From positions 25,076 through 89,075 of the forward strand of contig CAVYRH010000007.1 in the NCBI GenBank assembly GCA_963770835.1: DNA of 64,000 nucleotides, given 5' to 3'. Numbering within the stretch: the first letter of the stretch is position 1; each line of letters begins with the position of its first letter. This DNA comes from an uncultured Pseudomonadota bacterium. GTDB lineage: Bacteria; Oederibacteriota; Muellerivitia; Muellerivitales; Muellerivitaceae. Under the pieces are notes generated by a model. It was not told the origin of the DNA, did no database searches, and saw only the letters and a program-made list of their open reading frames with translations. Shown here in pieces: positions 10,901-20,968 of this stretch. The position numbers were made by a program, and so were the translations under genes.

Positions 10901-13875
10901 CCGACACCATCAACGCCATGATTGACACGCTGGCCACCTTCTCAGCCCAGGTCACCACCGTGGCCCGGGAGGTCGGGGTAGAAGGCAAACTGGGGGGCCA
11001 AGCCAACGTTCCGGGAGCGGCCGGCACCTGGAAGGCCCTGACCGACAATGTGAACCAGCTGGCGGCCAACTTGACCACCCAGGTGCGCGCTATCGCCGAG
11101 GTGGCCACGGCCGTCACCAAGGGCGACTTGACCCGGTCCATCCGCGTGGAAGCCAGCGGGGAGGTGGAAACCCTCAAGGACACCATCAACCAGATGATCG
11201 CCAACCTGCGCGGCACCACGCAAAAGAACGCCGACCAGGACTGGCTGAAAACCAACTTGGCCCACTTTACCCGCATGCTGCAGGGGCAAAGGGACCTGCA
11301 AACGGTGTCCTCCTCCATCCTGACCGAGCTTTCCAAAGTGGTTTCGGCGCGTTACGGCGTCTTTTATATCGCGGAAGCCAAGGAATCCGGCGGCACCCGC
11401 CTGAGGCTGCTCTCGGCCTTCGCCCCCCAGCCCGCGGAAACATTGAAACAGGAAGTTGCCATCGGCGAGGGGCTTATCGGGGAATGCGCGAAGAACAAGG
11501 AGAGGATCATCCTCACCGGCGCGCCCCAGGACTATATCAAGGTGAGTTCCGGCCTCGGCGAGGCCCAACCCGGCCATATCGTGGTGCTACCGACCCTGTT
11601 CGAAGGCCAGATGAAGGCGGTACTGGAACTGGCCTCCTTCGAGCCCTTCAACCCAACCCAGCTGGCCTTCCTGGACCAATTGGTGGAAGTCATCGGGATC
11701 GTGCTCAACAACCTGGAGGCCACCCTCCGGACTGAGACACTCCTGAAGAGCCTCCAGCACCAGCAGGAGGAATTGCGCCGCACCAACCAGGCCCTGGAAG
11801 AGAAGGCCGACCAGCTGGCCCTGACCTCCAAGTACAAGTCCGAATTCCTTTCCAACATGTCCCACGAGCTTCGCACACCGCTCAACAGCATGCTGATCCT
11901 ATCCCAGCAACTGGCGGAGGATTCGGCCCACCTCACCGAGAAGCAGATCGAATACGCCAAGACCATCCACGCCTCGGGCGGGGACCTGCTGGCGCTCATC
12001 AACGACATCCTGGACCTCTCCAAGGTGGAGTCCGGGACCATGACGCTGGACCTCAACAACATGGCCTTCACGGAAATGCGCCAGCACCTGGACCGCGTGT
12101 TCCGCCACGTGGCCGAAGGCAAGGACCTCCACTTCGCCATCGAGGTGGACCCCATCACGCCCGAGGAAATCTACACCGACGGCAAGCGCCTGGAGCAGAT
12201 CCTGAGGAACCTACTCTCCAACGCCTTCAAGTTCACGGAAAAGGGCTCGGTGTCCCTCCGCGTGGCCCCCGCCAATAGCGGCTGGAGCGTCGACCACCCC
12301 ATCCTCAGCCAGGCGGAGTCGGTCATCGCCTTCACGGTTTCCGACACGGGCATCGGCATCCCGCGCGACAAGCAGAAGATCATCTTCGAGGCCTTCCAGC
12401 AGGCCGAGTCCGGCACCAGCCGCAAGTACGGCGGAACCGGCTTGGGGCTTTCCATCAGCCGCGAGCTGGCCAAATTGCTCGGGGGGCAGGTCATCCTGGC
12501 CTCGAGCGTCTCGGGCAAGGGGAGCACCTTCGTACTTTATATCCCCACGGCCTTCCGCTCCCCCAGCGCCGAAACCAAGGTGGAAAAGAAGGAAGAGGCC
12601 GCGCCTTTCCTCCTGAACATGCCTTACCGGCTGGCCAACCGCTTCACCCCCGACAGCCTGGAGCCTAAGGCCAACGTCATCGACGATGACCGCAACCACC
12701 TCCAGCCCGGCGATCTGGTCCTGCTCATCATCGAGGACGAACCCGCTTTCGCCCGCATCTTGGTGGAAGCGGCACACCAAAAAGGGTTCAAGGCCGTGGC
12801 GGCCGTCGGCGGGGACGAGGCCTTAAGGCTGGCCAACGAGATCAAGCCCAGCGCGGTCACGCTCGACATCCGCCTTCCGGACATGGACGGATGGAAGGTG
12901 CTGGCGCGCTTCAAAAACGACCCCAATACCCGGCATATCCCCGTCCAGATCATCTCGGCGGACGAGGACCGCTTAAGGGGGCTCCAGGAGGGGGTGGTGG
13001 CGTTTTTCTCTAAGCCCGTTTCCAAGGATGAGATGAACCAGTCCCTGGATACCTTGCGCTCCTTCTGCTCGCGCCGGGTCCGGAACCTCCTTCTTCTCGC
13101 GGGGGAAAAAGGCACTCGGAACGCCTTGCGGGACCTCTTGGGGGGCGATGGTGTCGAGGTGACCCCCGCCAAAAACGCGGAGGAAGCACAGGATTTCCTG
13201 AAGAAAAACCAATTCGACTGCATGGTCCTGGTTCCCGACAAGGAAAGCGTGGGAATCCTCAAAACGATGAGAAAAGGCCCCCAGCGTGCGAACTTTCCCA
13301 TCGTGGTCTACCAGGACCACGAGACCGGCAAAAAGGAGGAGGAAGCCCTCCGGCTCGCGGCTAAGACCTTCGTGATCAAGGAGGCCAAGTCCACCGAGCG
13401 GCTTTTCGACGAAACCGCCCTTTACCTGCATCGGGTGACGGCCAAGCTGCCGGAGGAGAAAAGGCAAATCGTGGAGAAACTCCACCAGCCGGGCCAAATC
13501 ATGGTCGGCAAGAAGGCCCTGGTGGTGGACGACGACATGCGCAACATCTTCGCCATGACCAGCCTCCTGGAGCGCAACCAGATGGGTGTCGTCTCGGCGG
13601 AGAGCGGAAAAGAAGCCCTGGAGGTGCTGGCCAAGAATCCGGACGTGGATGTGGTGCTGATGGACATCATGATGCCGGAAATGGACGGTTACGACACCAT
13701 GCAGGCGATCCGGAAGATCGAAAATTTCAAGTCCCTGCCCATCATCGCCGTGACCGCGAAAGCGATGAAGGGGGACCGGGAAAAGTGCATCGAAATGGGG
13801 GCGTCCGACTACATCACCAAGCCTATCGATTCCGACCAACTGCTCTCATTGATGCAGAACTGGCTGTACCGCTGA
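7999..13875 (+). CDS. cytoplasmic poly-HAMP-GAF hybrid histidine kinase with three receiver domains (OsaA / group III HK-like architecture)
   Basis: ATG 7999 after AAGGAGG; about 11 units of 92 aa, a GAF-like region, [11 protein letters not shown]-box, HATPase, REC, degenerate REC, REC. Confidence 0.93.
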   Translation: MDTGVLEQELDSQKLILALNALKNGDFSVRLPNDWTGKAGKIADTFNQVVERNQKMARELERLGLEVGVEGKIDQRANIGEFTGSWAGMVSSVNTLVEELVRPTSEMSRVIGAVAKGDLSQTAMLELGDRPLKGEFFKTAKTVNTMVDLLNSFTSEVTRVAREVGTEGKLGGQATVKGLVGIWKDLTDNVNSMASNLTGQVRNIAEVTIAVANGDLSKKITVDVRGEILQLKETINTMVDQLRSFASEVTRVAREVGTEGKLGGQAIVPGVAGTWRDLTDNVNSMASNLTGQVRNIAEVTTAVARGDLSRKITVDVRGEILELKDTINTMVDQLNSFAGEVTRVAREVGTEGKLGGQAQVPGVGGTWKDLTDSVNIMAGNLTGQVRNIADVTIAVANGDLSKKITADVRGEILQLKETINTMVDQLRSFASEVTRVAREVGTEGKLGGQAIVPGVAGTWKDLTDNVNFMAGNLTSQVRNIADVTTAVAKGDLSRKITVDVKGEILELKNTINTMVDQLSSFASEVTRVAREVGTEGKLGGQAQVPGVAGTWKDLTDNVNFMAGNLTSQVRNIAAVTTAVAKGDLSKKITVDVRGEILELKDTINTMVDQLNGFAGEVTRVAREVGTEGKLGGQAQVPGVGGTWKDLTDSVNFMASNLTAQVRNIADVTTAVAKGDLSKKITADVRGEILQLKETINTMVDQLSSFASEVTRVAREVGTEGKLGGQAQVPGVAGTWKDLTDSVNLMASNLTDQVRNIADVTTAVARGDLSRKITVDVKGEIFELKNTINIMVDQLSSFASEVTRVAREVGTEGKLGGQAQVPGVGGTWKDLTDNVNFMAGNLTSQVRNIAAVTTAVARGDLSKKITVDVKGEILELKDTINTMVGQLSSFASEVTRVAREVGTEGKLGGQAQVPGVSGTWKDLTDNVNLMAANLTDQVRGIAKVVTAVANGDLTKKLVMAAKGEIAALTDTINAMIDTLATFSAQVTTVAREVGVEGKLGGQANVPGAAGTWKALTDNVNQLAANLTTQVRAIAEVATAVTKGDLTRSIRVEASGEVETLKDTINQMIANLRGTTQKNADQDWLKTNLAHFTRMLQGQRDLQTVSSSILTELSKVVSARYGVFYIAEAKESGGTRLRLLSAFAPQPAETLKQEVAIGEGLIGECAKNKERIILTGAPQDYIKVSSGLGEAQPGHIVVLPTLFEGQMKAVLELASFEPFNPTQLAFLDQLVEVIGIVLNNLEATLRTETLLKSLQHQQEELRRTNQALEEKADQLALTSKYKSEFLSNMSHELRTPLNSMLILSQQLAEDSAHLTEKQIEYAKTIHASGGDLLALINDILDLSKVESGTMTLDLNNMAFTEMRQHLDRVFRHVAEGKDLHFAIEVDPITPEEIYTDGKRLEQILRNLLSNAFKFTEKGSVSLRVAPANSGWSVDHPILSQAESVIAFTVSDTGIGIPRDKQKIIFEAFQQAESGTSRKYGGTGLGLSISRELAKLLGGQVILASSVSGKGSTFVLYIPTAFRSPSAETKVEKKEEAAPFLLNMPYRLANRFTPDSLEPKANVIDDDRNHLQPGDLVLLIIEDEPAFARILVEAAHQKGFKAVAAVGGDEALRLANEIKPSAVTLDIRLPDMDGWKVLARFKNDPNTRHIPVQIISADEDRLRGLQEGVVAFFSKPVSKDEMNQSLDTLRSFCSRRVRNLLLLAGEKGTRNALRDLLGGDGVEVTPAKNAEEAQDFLKKNQFDCMVLVPDKESVGILKTMRKGPQRANFPIVVYQDHETGKKEEEALRLAAKTFVIKEAKSTERLFDETALYLHRVTAKLPEEKRQIVEKLHQPGQIMVGKKALVVDDDMRNIFAMTSLLERNQMGVVSAESGKEALEVLAKNPDVDVVLMDIMMPEMDGYDTMQAIRKIENFKSLPIIAVTAKAMKGDREKCIEMGASDYITKPIDSDQLLSLMQNWLYR
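8450..11200 (+). repeat. 276-bp intragenic tandem repeat encoding poly-HAMP units
   Basis: The GKLGGQA codons recur ten times at 276-nt spacing, from about 8501 to about 10985; boundaries approximate. Confidence 0.95.
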
Positions 13876-13886
13876 AAGTCAGCCGA

Positions 13887-13941
13887 CAGATTTTAGATAT
13901 TAGATTTTAGCTAATAGCTAACAGCCAAAATCTAATATCTG
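13887..13941. repeat. heptamer-unit inverted repeat
   Basis: AGATTTT/AGATATT units; AGATATTAGATTTT (13895-13908) pairs perfectly with AAAATCTAATATCT (13927-13940). Confidence 0.8.
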
Positions 13942-13953
13942 TTTCTCAAGGAT

Positions 13954-15327
13954 GTGGATATGGAACCTGAGATACAAACCCAGACCCAAACCACCGGGGA
14001 AAAAGCCATTCCCGTGAATATCCTCATGGTGGACGACGCTCCGGCCAACCTCCTGGCCCTGGAAGCGGTGCTGAAAGACCTGGGCCAAAGGCTGGTGAGG
14101 GCCAGATCGGGGCGGGAGGCCCTGCGGCACCTCATGAACGAGGAATTCGCCGTGATTCTCCTGGATGTGGCCATGCCCGTCATGGACGGTTTCGAGACCG
14201 CCCGGTTGATTCGCCAAAGGGACAAGAACCGCCTAACCCCCATTATCTTCCTGACGGCCGTCGGCCGGACGGATAACGAGATCTTCCGGGGATACGAAGT
14301 GGGGGCCGTGGATTACCTCCTCAAGCCCCTGGTTCCAGAGATCCTGAAATCCAAGGTGATGATTTTTATCGAGCTTTACAACAAGACCCGCCAGATCCAA
14401 AGCCTCAACACCGAGTTGGGGAAAAATGTCCAAGAGTTGGAAGCTGCGAACCTCGAACTGAAAAAGGAAAACTCGGTCCGGCGGAGGGCCGAGCAAGAAC
14501 TGCGATATTCCGAGGAAAAGTTGAGGAACCTCAACAGCTCCCTGGAGGAACGGGTCGCCGAGCGCACCGCGCTGGCCGAGGAAAGGGCCAAGGAGTTGGC
14601 CCGGTCCAACGCCGAACTGCAACAATTCGTCCATATTTCCTCCCACGACCTCAAGGAACCTTTAAGGATGATCAACAGCTTCGTCCAGCTCCTGCAAAAA
14701 AATCTCGAGGGCAAATTGGACACCGATACCGGGGAATACCTCCACTACGTCCTGGAAGGGGCCCGGCGGATACAAAGGCTCATCGACGACCTGCTGTCCT
14801 ATACCCGCCTGGGGGCCCGCTCTCTTTCACCACAGTTGTTGGACTTGGGAGAAGTGGTGGGGGAGGCCCTTTCCAACCTGCAAATATCCATTGTGGAAAC
14901 GGGAGCCTCCATTACCTGCGATCCCATGCCCCAGGTGGAAGCCGACCGGACCCATTTGGTCCTGCTGTTCCAGAACCTGATCGGGAACGCCATCAAGTTC
15001 AACGGCGGGAAAAAGCCGCGAGTCCATATCCGGGCCAAGGCGGAAATCGACAGCTGGGTTTTCAGCGTGGAAGACAACGGCATCGGCATCGATGCCCAAT
15101 ATTTCGAAAAGATATTCGTGGTTTTCCAGAGGTTGCACGCCCGGGAAGAATATCCCGGCACCGGTATCGGCCTGGCGCTCTGCAAGAAAATCGTCGAGCA
15201 GCATAATGGAAAAATCTGGGTGGATTCGGAACCGGGGAAGGGTTCAACCTTTCATTTCACGATTCCCAGAATGGGCAAGGGGGCGCAACATGGCGGTCAA
15301 AATGGGCTTGGGCCAAAGGTCGGTTGA
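13954..15327 (+). CDS. REC-coiled coil-histidine kinase (OsaB-like receiver fused to a kinase)
   Basis: ILMVDD..ANLLALE, ILLDVAMPVMDG, GAVDYLLKP, SSHDLKEPLR, GTGIGLALC. Confidence 0.92.
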   Translation: MDMEPEIQTQTQTTGEKAIPVNILMVDDAPANLLALEAVLKDLGQRLVRARSGREALRHLMNEEFAVILLDVAMPVMDGFETARLIRQRDKNRLTPIIFLTAVGRTDNEIFRGYEVGAVDYLLKPLVPEILKSKVMIFIELYNKTRQIQSLNTELGKNVQELEAANLELKKENSVRRRAEQELRYSEEKLRNLNSSLEERVAERTALAEERAKELARSNAELQQFVHISSHDLKEPLRMINSFVQLLQKNLEGKLDTDTGEYLHYVLEGARRIQRLIDDLLSYTRLGARSLSPQLLDLGEVVGEALSNLQISIVETGASITCDPMPQVEADRTHLVLLFQNLIGNAIKFNGGKKPRVHIRAKAEIDSWVFSVEDNGIGIDAQYFEKIFVVFQRLHAREEYPGTGIGLALCKKIVEQHNGKIWVDSEPGKGSTFHFTIPRMGKGAQHGGQNGLGPKVG

Positions 15328-15730
15328 AATCCTCCTGGTGGAGGACAACCTGGGGGACATAACCCTCATGAAGGAAATCCTCAAAATGTCGAGGTTTCCC
15401 ATTCGTTTGAACGTCGTCCGTAACGGATTGGAAGCTCTCGATTATCTTTATCATGAGGGCGAATACCAGAATTCCATCCGGCCGGACCTCATCCTGCTGG
15501 ACCTCAATTTACCCAAAGTCGATGGAAGGGAAGTCCTGGCGCAAATCAAGCGGGACAGTTTACTGGGCCAAATTCCGACCCTCATCATGACTTCCTCGAA
15601 AAACGATGCGGATGTTTTGGAAGCTTATAAGAACAACGCGAATTTCTACATCGTCAAGCCCATGGATTTGGACCATTACATGGTCATCATGAAATACCTT
15701 GAGGACTTTTGGATCGAAAAGATTAAGTAA
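15290..15730 (+). CDS. single-domain response regulator (Rcp1-like)
   Basis: ILLVEDN, ILLDLNLPKVDG, ANFYIVKP; start at 15290 or 15302. Confidence 0.9.
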   Translation: MAVKMGLGQRSVEILLVEDNLGDITLMKEILKMSRFPIRLNVVRNGLEALDYLYHEGEYQNSIRPDLILLDLNLPKVDGREVLAQIKRDSLLGQIPTLIMTSSKNDADVLEAYKNNANFYIVKPMDLDHYMVIMKYLEDFWIEKIK

Positions 15731-15794
15731 GCTCCCGTTGTTTCGATGAGTCTTATAAGATATCCGGGTGAAAAGCCTATCCCGGATGGAACGA

Positions 15795-16916
15795 ATGAAA
15801 AAAACCTCCCGCCTTTTCCCATGGGTTTTTGCGGCAGGGCTGCTTTGTTCCAACTGGTGTTTCGCCGACTCCGTGAATGACGGGCCCAACCCGACCCTGA
15901 CCCCCGCTTCGACGCCTTCGCCGCTGTCCAAGGATTACCATCCCGCGCGTCCCGCCACGCCGGGCCACGTCAAATTGGCCTTCATGGGCGACATCAACTT
16001 GGGACGGCGTGTGGCGGACCTACTCCAAAAAAACGGAACCCCCTGGGCTTTCCAAGCCTGCAAACCCTTCCTGGATGAGGCGGATTTGGCCGTGGCCAAC
16101 CTGGAATCCCCGGTAGGGGACGGCGGCAAGAAATACGCCGAAAAATCCGTTTACTTGAAAGGCCGGCCCCAGGACCTGGACGCCCTTTCCTACGGTGGTA
16201 TCGGGCTCGTGACCCTGGCGAACAACCACGTTTTGGATTACGGGCCGGACGTTATGGCCCAGACCGTGGACGGATTGGACCGCCGCGGGATTTTGCATAC
16301 GGGTTTGGTTTCTTCGAGCGGCAAATCCCAAGAACCAGTTTATGTCGCGGTGCAGGGGGTGACGCTGGCTTTCCTAGCCTATTGTTCGGTTTGCCCCGGG
16401 GAATTTGAGCCTGGTAAGAACAGGCCGGGGGTGGAAGTGGCTCTTTCCTCGGTCATGCTCCCCGAAATCAAGAAAGCCAGGGCCAAGGCCGATTTCGTCA
16501 TCGTGCTGGTCCATTGGGGAACGGAGTATTTCGGCGTTAACGCCCTGCAAAAAAAGCTGGCCCAATCCCTTCATAAGGGCGGGGCGGACATGGTCATCGG
16601 CGCTCATCCCCACGTGCCGCAAAAAATCCAACGGATTGGAAAAACATTGGTGGCTTATAGCTTGGGGGATTTTCTCTTTGACTTGAGCCATGCGGCCTGC
16701 CAGGACAGCTGCATCCTGATGGTGGAATTGCAAAAAGGCAAGAAGCCCCAATGGGAAGCCGTGCCGTTGGATTTAAGCTCGGGGCGCCCTGAACCCCTGG
16801 CCGGTCAAAATCCGCAGGCCCTGGTGATTCAGCAGATCTTGAAAAAAGGCTATGAATACAACGGGCGAAAAGACCAGAAAGTTGTAATGAAAGCCGCTGT
16901 AAAAAACCCGAAGTGA
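15795..16916 (+). CDS. CapA / PGA_cap-family metallophosphoesterase, secreted
   Basis: Signal peptide; GDINLG, ANLESP, LANNHVLDYG, HWGTEY, GAHPHV, YSLG motifs. Confidence 0.88.
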   Translation: MKKTSRLFPWVFAAGLLCSNWCFADSVNDGPNPTLTPASTPSPLSKDYHPARPATPGHVKLAFMGDINLGRRVADLLQKNGTPWAFQACKPFLDEADLAVANLESPVGDGGKKYAEKSVYLKGRPQDLDALSYGGIGLVTLANNHVLDYGPDVMAQTVDGLDRRGILHTGLVSSSGKSQEPVYVAVQGVTLAFLAYCSVCPGEFEPGKNRPGVEVALSSVMLPEIKKARAKADFVIVLVHWGTEYFGVNALQKKLAQSLHKGGADMVIGAHPHVPQKIQRIGKTLVAYSLGDFLFDLSHAACQDSCILMVELQKGKKPQWEAVPLDLSSGRPEPLAGQNPQALVIQQILKKGYEYNGRKDQKVVMKAAVKNPK

Positions 16917-16920
16917 ATTT

Positions 16921-17958
16921 CTACCGCATGGGAGTTTGCACTGGAATGGTGGTCATGATGGAAAGAATGACCACCAGGAAGGCGAATTCGATGAGGCCGA
17001 TGTGGTCGGGCTCGGCCGGGGCGTCCTTGCGGAAGGCCTGAAAAACGGCCAAGGCCATAAGGATCATCAAGAGTTTCTCCCCGGTGTCATAAAGCATCAG
17101 CCCCATGACCGCCAGCATCACCCAGCGCTGCCAAGTGGAGAGGGATTGGAATCCCCGGCCCCCGTCCAATTGCCAGACGGGCATGAGGTTGAAGAGATTG
17201 ATCCAAGCCCCGATTTGGGCGATGGCGGCGAAGACCATGATCCCCGTGGCGCGGAAAAGGGCATAAGCCGTCAAGGCGGCCCCCAAACCCCAAATGGGTC
17301 CGGCCAGGCCTACCCGTGCGTCCTCCCTCGGGTTGGTCAGCTTTTGCTGGAGGCGGATGAAAGCCCCGACGCCGGGGATAAAGACGGGAGCGGTGGCCTT
17401 GATACCATAACGGTTCAGGGCGGCCACATGGCCCATTTCATGGATGTAGATGGAAAGCACGAAGCCCAAGGCGAATTTCCAACCCCAAAACGTCCAATAG
17501 ACCCCAAAGGCCAGGAGCATGGATAAAAGCGTGTGGAGCTTGGCCAGGCCCAACAAAAGCAGCTTGATCTTGGAAAGAAAGACCGCTAGGAGACCCAAAA
17601 GGCCCGCTTTTCCACCGTTCTTCCCGAAGAAGGACTTTTGCTCCTGAACCACCGATGGATTGGAACCGGTAGGGGAAAGGCCGTCCACTTGCCGCCCCAG
17701 ATCCGTTATTTTTTCCCGTAGCGCCTCATGTTGCTTGGAACGGGGTGGAAGGAGATCCAGTGCCCCCCGCCAAAAAGCCAATGCGTCGGAGGGGCGGTTT
17801 TCGCGTTCGGCTTGAGTGGCGTTTTTGGATAGCTCGTTTAAACGGTCGGCGTAAACCAGCCTCCGGCAGCCCGGACAGGCCAGGAAATTTTTCGGTATTT
17901 CCGTTCCGCACTGGGGGCAGGAACGGGAAGAAACAATTGATTCAAATTCGTTAGCCAT
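16921..17958 (-). CDS. site-2 (M50) membrane zinc protease with N-terminal zinc ribbon
   Basis: CPQC..CPGC, HEMGH, AGP and NLMPVWQLDGG motifs; several TM segments. Confidence 0.9.
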   Translation of the reverse strand: MANEFESIVSSRSCPQCGTEIPKNFLACPGCRRLVYADRLNELSKNATQAERENRPSDALAFWRGALDLLPPRSKQHEALREKITDLGRQVDGLSPTGSNPSVVQEQKSFFGKNGGKAGLLGLLAVFLSKIKLLLLGLAKLHTLLSMLLAFGVYWTFWGWKFALGFVLSIYIHEMGHVAALNRYGIKATAPVFIPGVGAFIRLQQKLTNPREDARVGLAGPIWGLGAALTAYALFRATGIMVFAAIAQIGAWINLFNLMPVWQLDGGRGFQSLSTWQRWVMLAVMGLMLYDTGEKLLMILMALAVFQAFRKDAPAEPDHIGLIEFAFLVVILSIMTTIPVQTPMR

Positions 17959-18029
17959 TCAGGCCTCTTCTTTTCAGGTAAAGCGCCGTTTTTATAATTA
18001 ATTTTAAGAACCTAACCCCATAACCCACA

Positions 18030-18059
18030 GTTAAGATGGGTAATAATTACTCACTTAAC
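18030..18059. promoter_or_regulatory. palindromic putative transcription-factor site
   Basis: GTTAAGATGGGTAATAATTACTCACTTAAC in a divergent intergenic region; core GGGTAATAATTACTC at 18038-18052. Confidence 0.4.
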
Positions 18060-18258
18060 GGTTATTTAAAAATAGCACTTTAATTGACCAAATTTATTTT
18101 TAAACCGAATCGCTCTTTGGAAATTTAAAATTCAAAAGAGAGATGTTAATATATATACACATACCCTTTAGTTAAACGCGTTAACCAAGCGATTAATGCC
18201 TTAATCGTGATTTGTGTTGGATAACCCAGCATATCATTTTAACCGATTAAGGAGACCT

Positions 18259-20397
18259 GTGATTTTCGGAAAAAAAACTACCTCCCTTCTCTTCATGATT
18301 TTCTCGGCCATCCTATTCAACCGCGGTTCCTTCGCCCAAGCACAGGATAAAAATTTGTCTCCGGTCCAAACTCCGGAAGCAAGCCCGTCCCCCTTTTCCA
18401 CACCAGTGGCAAGCCCATCCCCCCTCCCCACGCCGGAGGTAGGTTCCTCCGCCCCGACAGTGGCGGCAGAAGCATCCCCAAGCACGTTAAAAAAATTGAG
18501 CTTGGAGGACCTGATGAATTTGGATGTCACTTCCGTATCCAAACAGCCCCAGCCCTATGGGGAAGCGCCAGCCGCGATCGATGTGATTACTAACGATGAA
18601 ATCCGCCGTTCGGGCGCTTCCAACATCCCGGAGGCCCTGCGGCTGGCGGACAACCTGGAAGTGGCGCAAAAAGACTCCCATGACTGGGCCATCAGCGCGC
18701 GCGGGTTCAACACCAGTTTGGCGAACAAGCTTTTGGTCTTGATGGACGGAAGGACCCTTTACACGCCCCTTTTCGCCGGCGTCATCTGGGACACGCAGGA
18801 TTACCTCATGGAGGATATTGACCGTATCGAGGTCATCAGCGGCCCCGGCGGAACCCTCTGGGGCGCCAACGCGGTGAACGGCGTCATCAACATCACCACG
18901 AAGGGCGCGAAAGACACCCAGGGGCTTTACGTGGAAGGCGGCGGGGGAACCGAATTGCAGGATTTCACCGGAGTCCGTTACGGCGGCGCCTTGGACTCCA
19001 ACATTTATTACCGCTTTTACGGTAAATATTTCGACCAAGGGAATGAATATTTTCACCCTTCCGGGAACGCAGCGCCGGATTCGTGGCACATGGGCCAAGG
19101 GGGATTCCGGATGGACGTCCTTACCTCAACGGAAGAAACGTTCACTTTGCAGGGGGACTATTACGACGGCAACCAAAATATTTCGACGGGGGGAAACTCC
19201 CAAACCAGCGGGGGAAACGTATTGGGACGCTGGTCCCGTAGTTTCGCCGACGATTCCAACCTGAGCCTGCAATTGTATTACGACCAAACCTACCTGGACG
19301 ACCCTGTCCCTGCGGACGGTCTGTTGGCACCCGCGGGAACGCTGGCCGACACCCTCGACACCTACGACATGGACTTCCAATACCGGTTCCACCTGGACAC
19401 TTGGAACAACCTGGTTTCGGGTTTGGGGTACCGATATACGAATGAAGTGGACCAGAATGCCCCGGCCCTAGCCTATGAGCCGTCCACATTGGACCAGAAT
19501 TTATACAGCGCCTTCGCCCAGGATGAAATGGTGCTGGAAAAGGACCTTTCGTTCATCTTCGGGAGCAAGCTGGAGCACAACGACTATACAGGTTTCGAAG
19601 TGGAACCCAGCGCAAGGCTGAAATGGGACGTGGACTCGGGTCAAATGCTATGGGCTGCGGTTTCCAGGGCCGTCCGCATGCCATCCCGCGTGGACCGGGA
19701 TGAGGAGTATCCCATCACGAACCCGATCTACGAGCACTTTGGGATCGACGAGCTCCTAATCGGCGGCGCCGATTTCGTGTCCGAAACGGTCATTACTTAC
19801 GAACTGGGTTACCGGGCCCAGCTCAACCCGGAACTTTCTACGTCCCTTTCGACCTTCTTCAACAATTACGGTGACATTCGAAGCGCGGCTTATACGCCTC
19901 CGCCGACGCCCTTGAATCAGGGTCTTCCCATCGTCTTCCAAAACAACCTGTTGGCACAGACCTGCGGCGTCGAACTCACCGCCGACTACCAGGTCCTGGA
20001 AGGGTGGAGGATGCATGCCGGTTATGACCTGCTGCAGGAGAATGTCTGGGTCGTGCCGGGAGCGAAGGATATCAACAACGCGCTCAACGAAACCGCCGAC
20101 CCGCCGAACCAGGTTTTCTTGCGTTCCTCCATGGACTTGCCGGGAAACCTGGAGTTTGATCCTTCTTTTCGTTGGATTGATTCCATCGTCTACAACAACA
20201 ACGGCAGCCCCGCTCGGGTCCCCAGCTACGCCGAACTGGACGCTCGTTTAGGCTGGAGCCCAGTCCAAAACATCGAGGTTTCGGTGACGGGATTGAGCCT
20301 CCTGCATTACGAACATGTCGAGTACCTGGTCAACGGCGCCAACCAGAACGAATGGATCCAGCGCAGCGTTTATGGAAAGATCGCATGCCGGTTCTGA
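18259..20397 (+). CDS. TonB-dependent receptor
   Basis: GTG 18259 after AAGGAG; signal peptide, Pro/Ser linker, LSLEDLMNLDVTSVSK, plug motifs IDRIEVISGPGGTLWGANAVNGVINI, terminal Phe. Confidence 0.93.
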   Translation: MIFGKKTTSLLFMIFSAILFNRGSFAQAQDKNLSPVQTPEASPSPFSTPVASPSPLPTPEVGSSAPTVAAEASPSTLKKLSLEDLMNLDVTSVSKQPQPYGEAPAAIDVITNDEIRRSGASNIPEALRLADNLEVAQKDSHDWAISARGFNTSLANKLLVLMDGRTLYTPLFAGVIWDTQDYLMEDIDRIEVISGPGGTLWGANAVNGVINITTKGAKDTQGLYVEGGGGTELQDFTGVRYGGALDSNIYYRFYGKYFDQGNEYFHPSGNAAPDSWHMGQGGFRMDVLTSTEETFTLQGDYYDGNQNISTGGNSQTSGGNVLGRWSRSFADDSNLSLQLYYDQTYLDDPVPADGLLAPAGTLADTLDTYDMDFQYRFHLDTWNNLVSGLGYRYTNEVDQNAPALAYEPSTLDQNLYSAFAQDEMVLEKDLSFIFGSKLEHNDYTGFEVEPSARLKWDVDSGQMLWAAVSRAVRMPSRVDRDEEYPITNPIYEHFGIDELLIGGADFVSETVITYELGYRAQLNPELSTSLSTFFNNYGDIRSAAYTPPPTPLNQGLPIVFQNNLLAQTCGVELTADYQVLEGWRMHAGYDLLQENVWVVPGAKDINNALNETADPPNQVFLRSSMDLPGNLEFDPSFRWIDSIVYNNNGSPARVPSYAELDARLGWSPVQNIEVSVTGLSLLHYEHVEYLVNGANQNEWIQRSVYGKIACRF

Positions 20398-20966
20398 CCT
20401 TGCCCCGACAGGTAAGGACAACAGGCGTGGGGCTTGTCCTGCTGGCCCTTTTGTTTTTGACCACTAGGGCGCCCCTCTTGGCGGAACCCACGATTTCGAA
20501 GGAATACCAGGTCAAGGCCGTCTTCCTCTTTAACTTCGCCCAATTCGTCCAATGGCCGCCCAAGGCCTTCACTTCCGCGGACGAGCCTTTTTGCATCGGC
20601 ATTTTAGGCGACGACCCCTTCGACGCCTTTTTGGACGCGACCGTCAACGGCGAGAAAATAGGCGGCCATCCCCTGGTCATTGAACGCTACCGACGCATCG
20701 AGGACGCCAAGGACTGCCAGATCCTGTTCATCAGCCGGTCCGAAAACGCACGGATGGGAAGCATCTTGGACGGTTTGAAGGGAAGGAGCGTCCTCACGAT
20801 CGGGGACACGGACGGTTTCATCGAAAACGGGGGAATCATCCGTTTCGTCACGGTGAATAATAAAATCCATTTCAAGATCAACCTGGAGGCCGCGAAGCGA
20901 GCCAACCTGACCATTAGCTCCCAAGTACTGCGGCTGGCCGAAATCACCGGGCCGGGAAAGGACTGA
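20385..20966 (+). CDS. YfiR/HmsC-family periplasmic regulator (DUF4154)
   Basis: Signal peptide, EYQVKAVFLFNFAQFVQWP, FCIG..DCQILFI Cys pair, INLEAAKRANLTISSQVLRLA. Confidence 0.88.
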   Translation: MPVLTLPRQVRTTGVGLVLLALLFLTTRAPLLAEPTISKEYQVKAVFLFNFAQFVQWPPKAFTSADEPFCIGILGDDPFDAFLDATVNGEKIGGHPLVIERYRRIEDAKDCQILFISRSENARMGSILDGLKGRSVLTIGDTDGFIENGGIIRFVTVNNKIHFKINLEAAKRANLTISSQVLRLAEITGPGKD

Positions 20967-20968
20967 CC

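Noticed and set aside
8450-11200. Regular repeat array as a possible CRISPR or mobile element
   Set aside because: The units are 276 nt, in-frame coding, have no unique spacers, and no cas genes are present.
7966-13839. Long minus-strand ORFs (411, 498, 699 aa and others) over the poly-HAMP kinase
   Set aside because: They are antisense shadows of a GC3-biased repetitive gene and carry no independent motifs.
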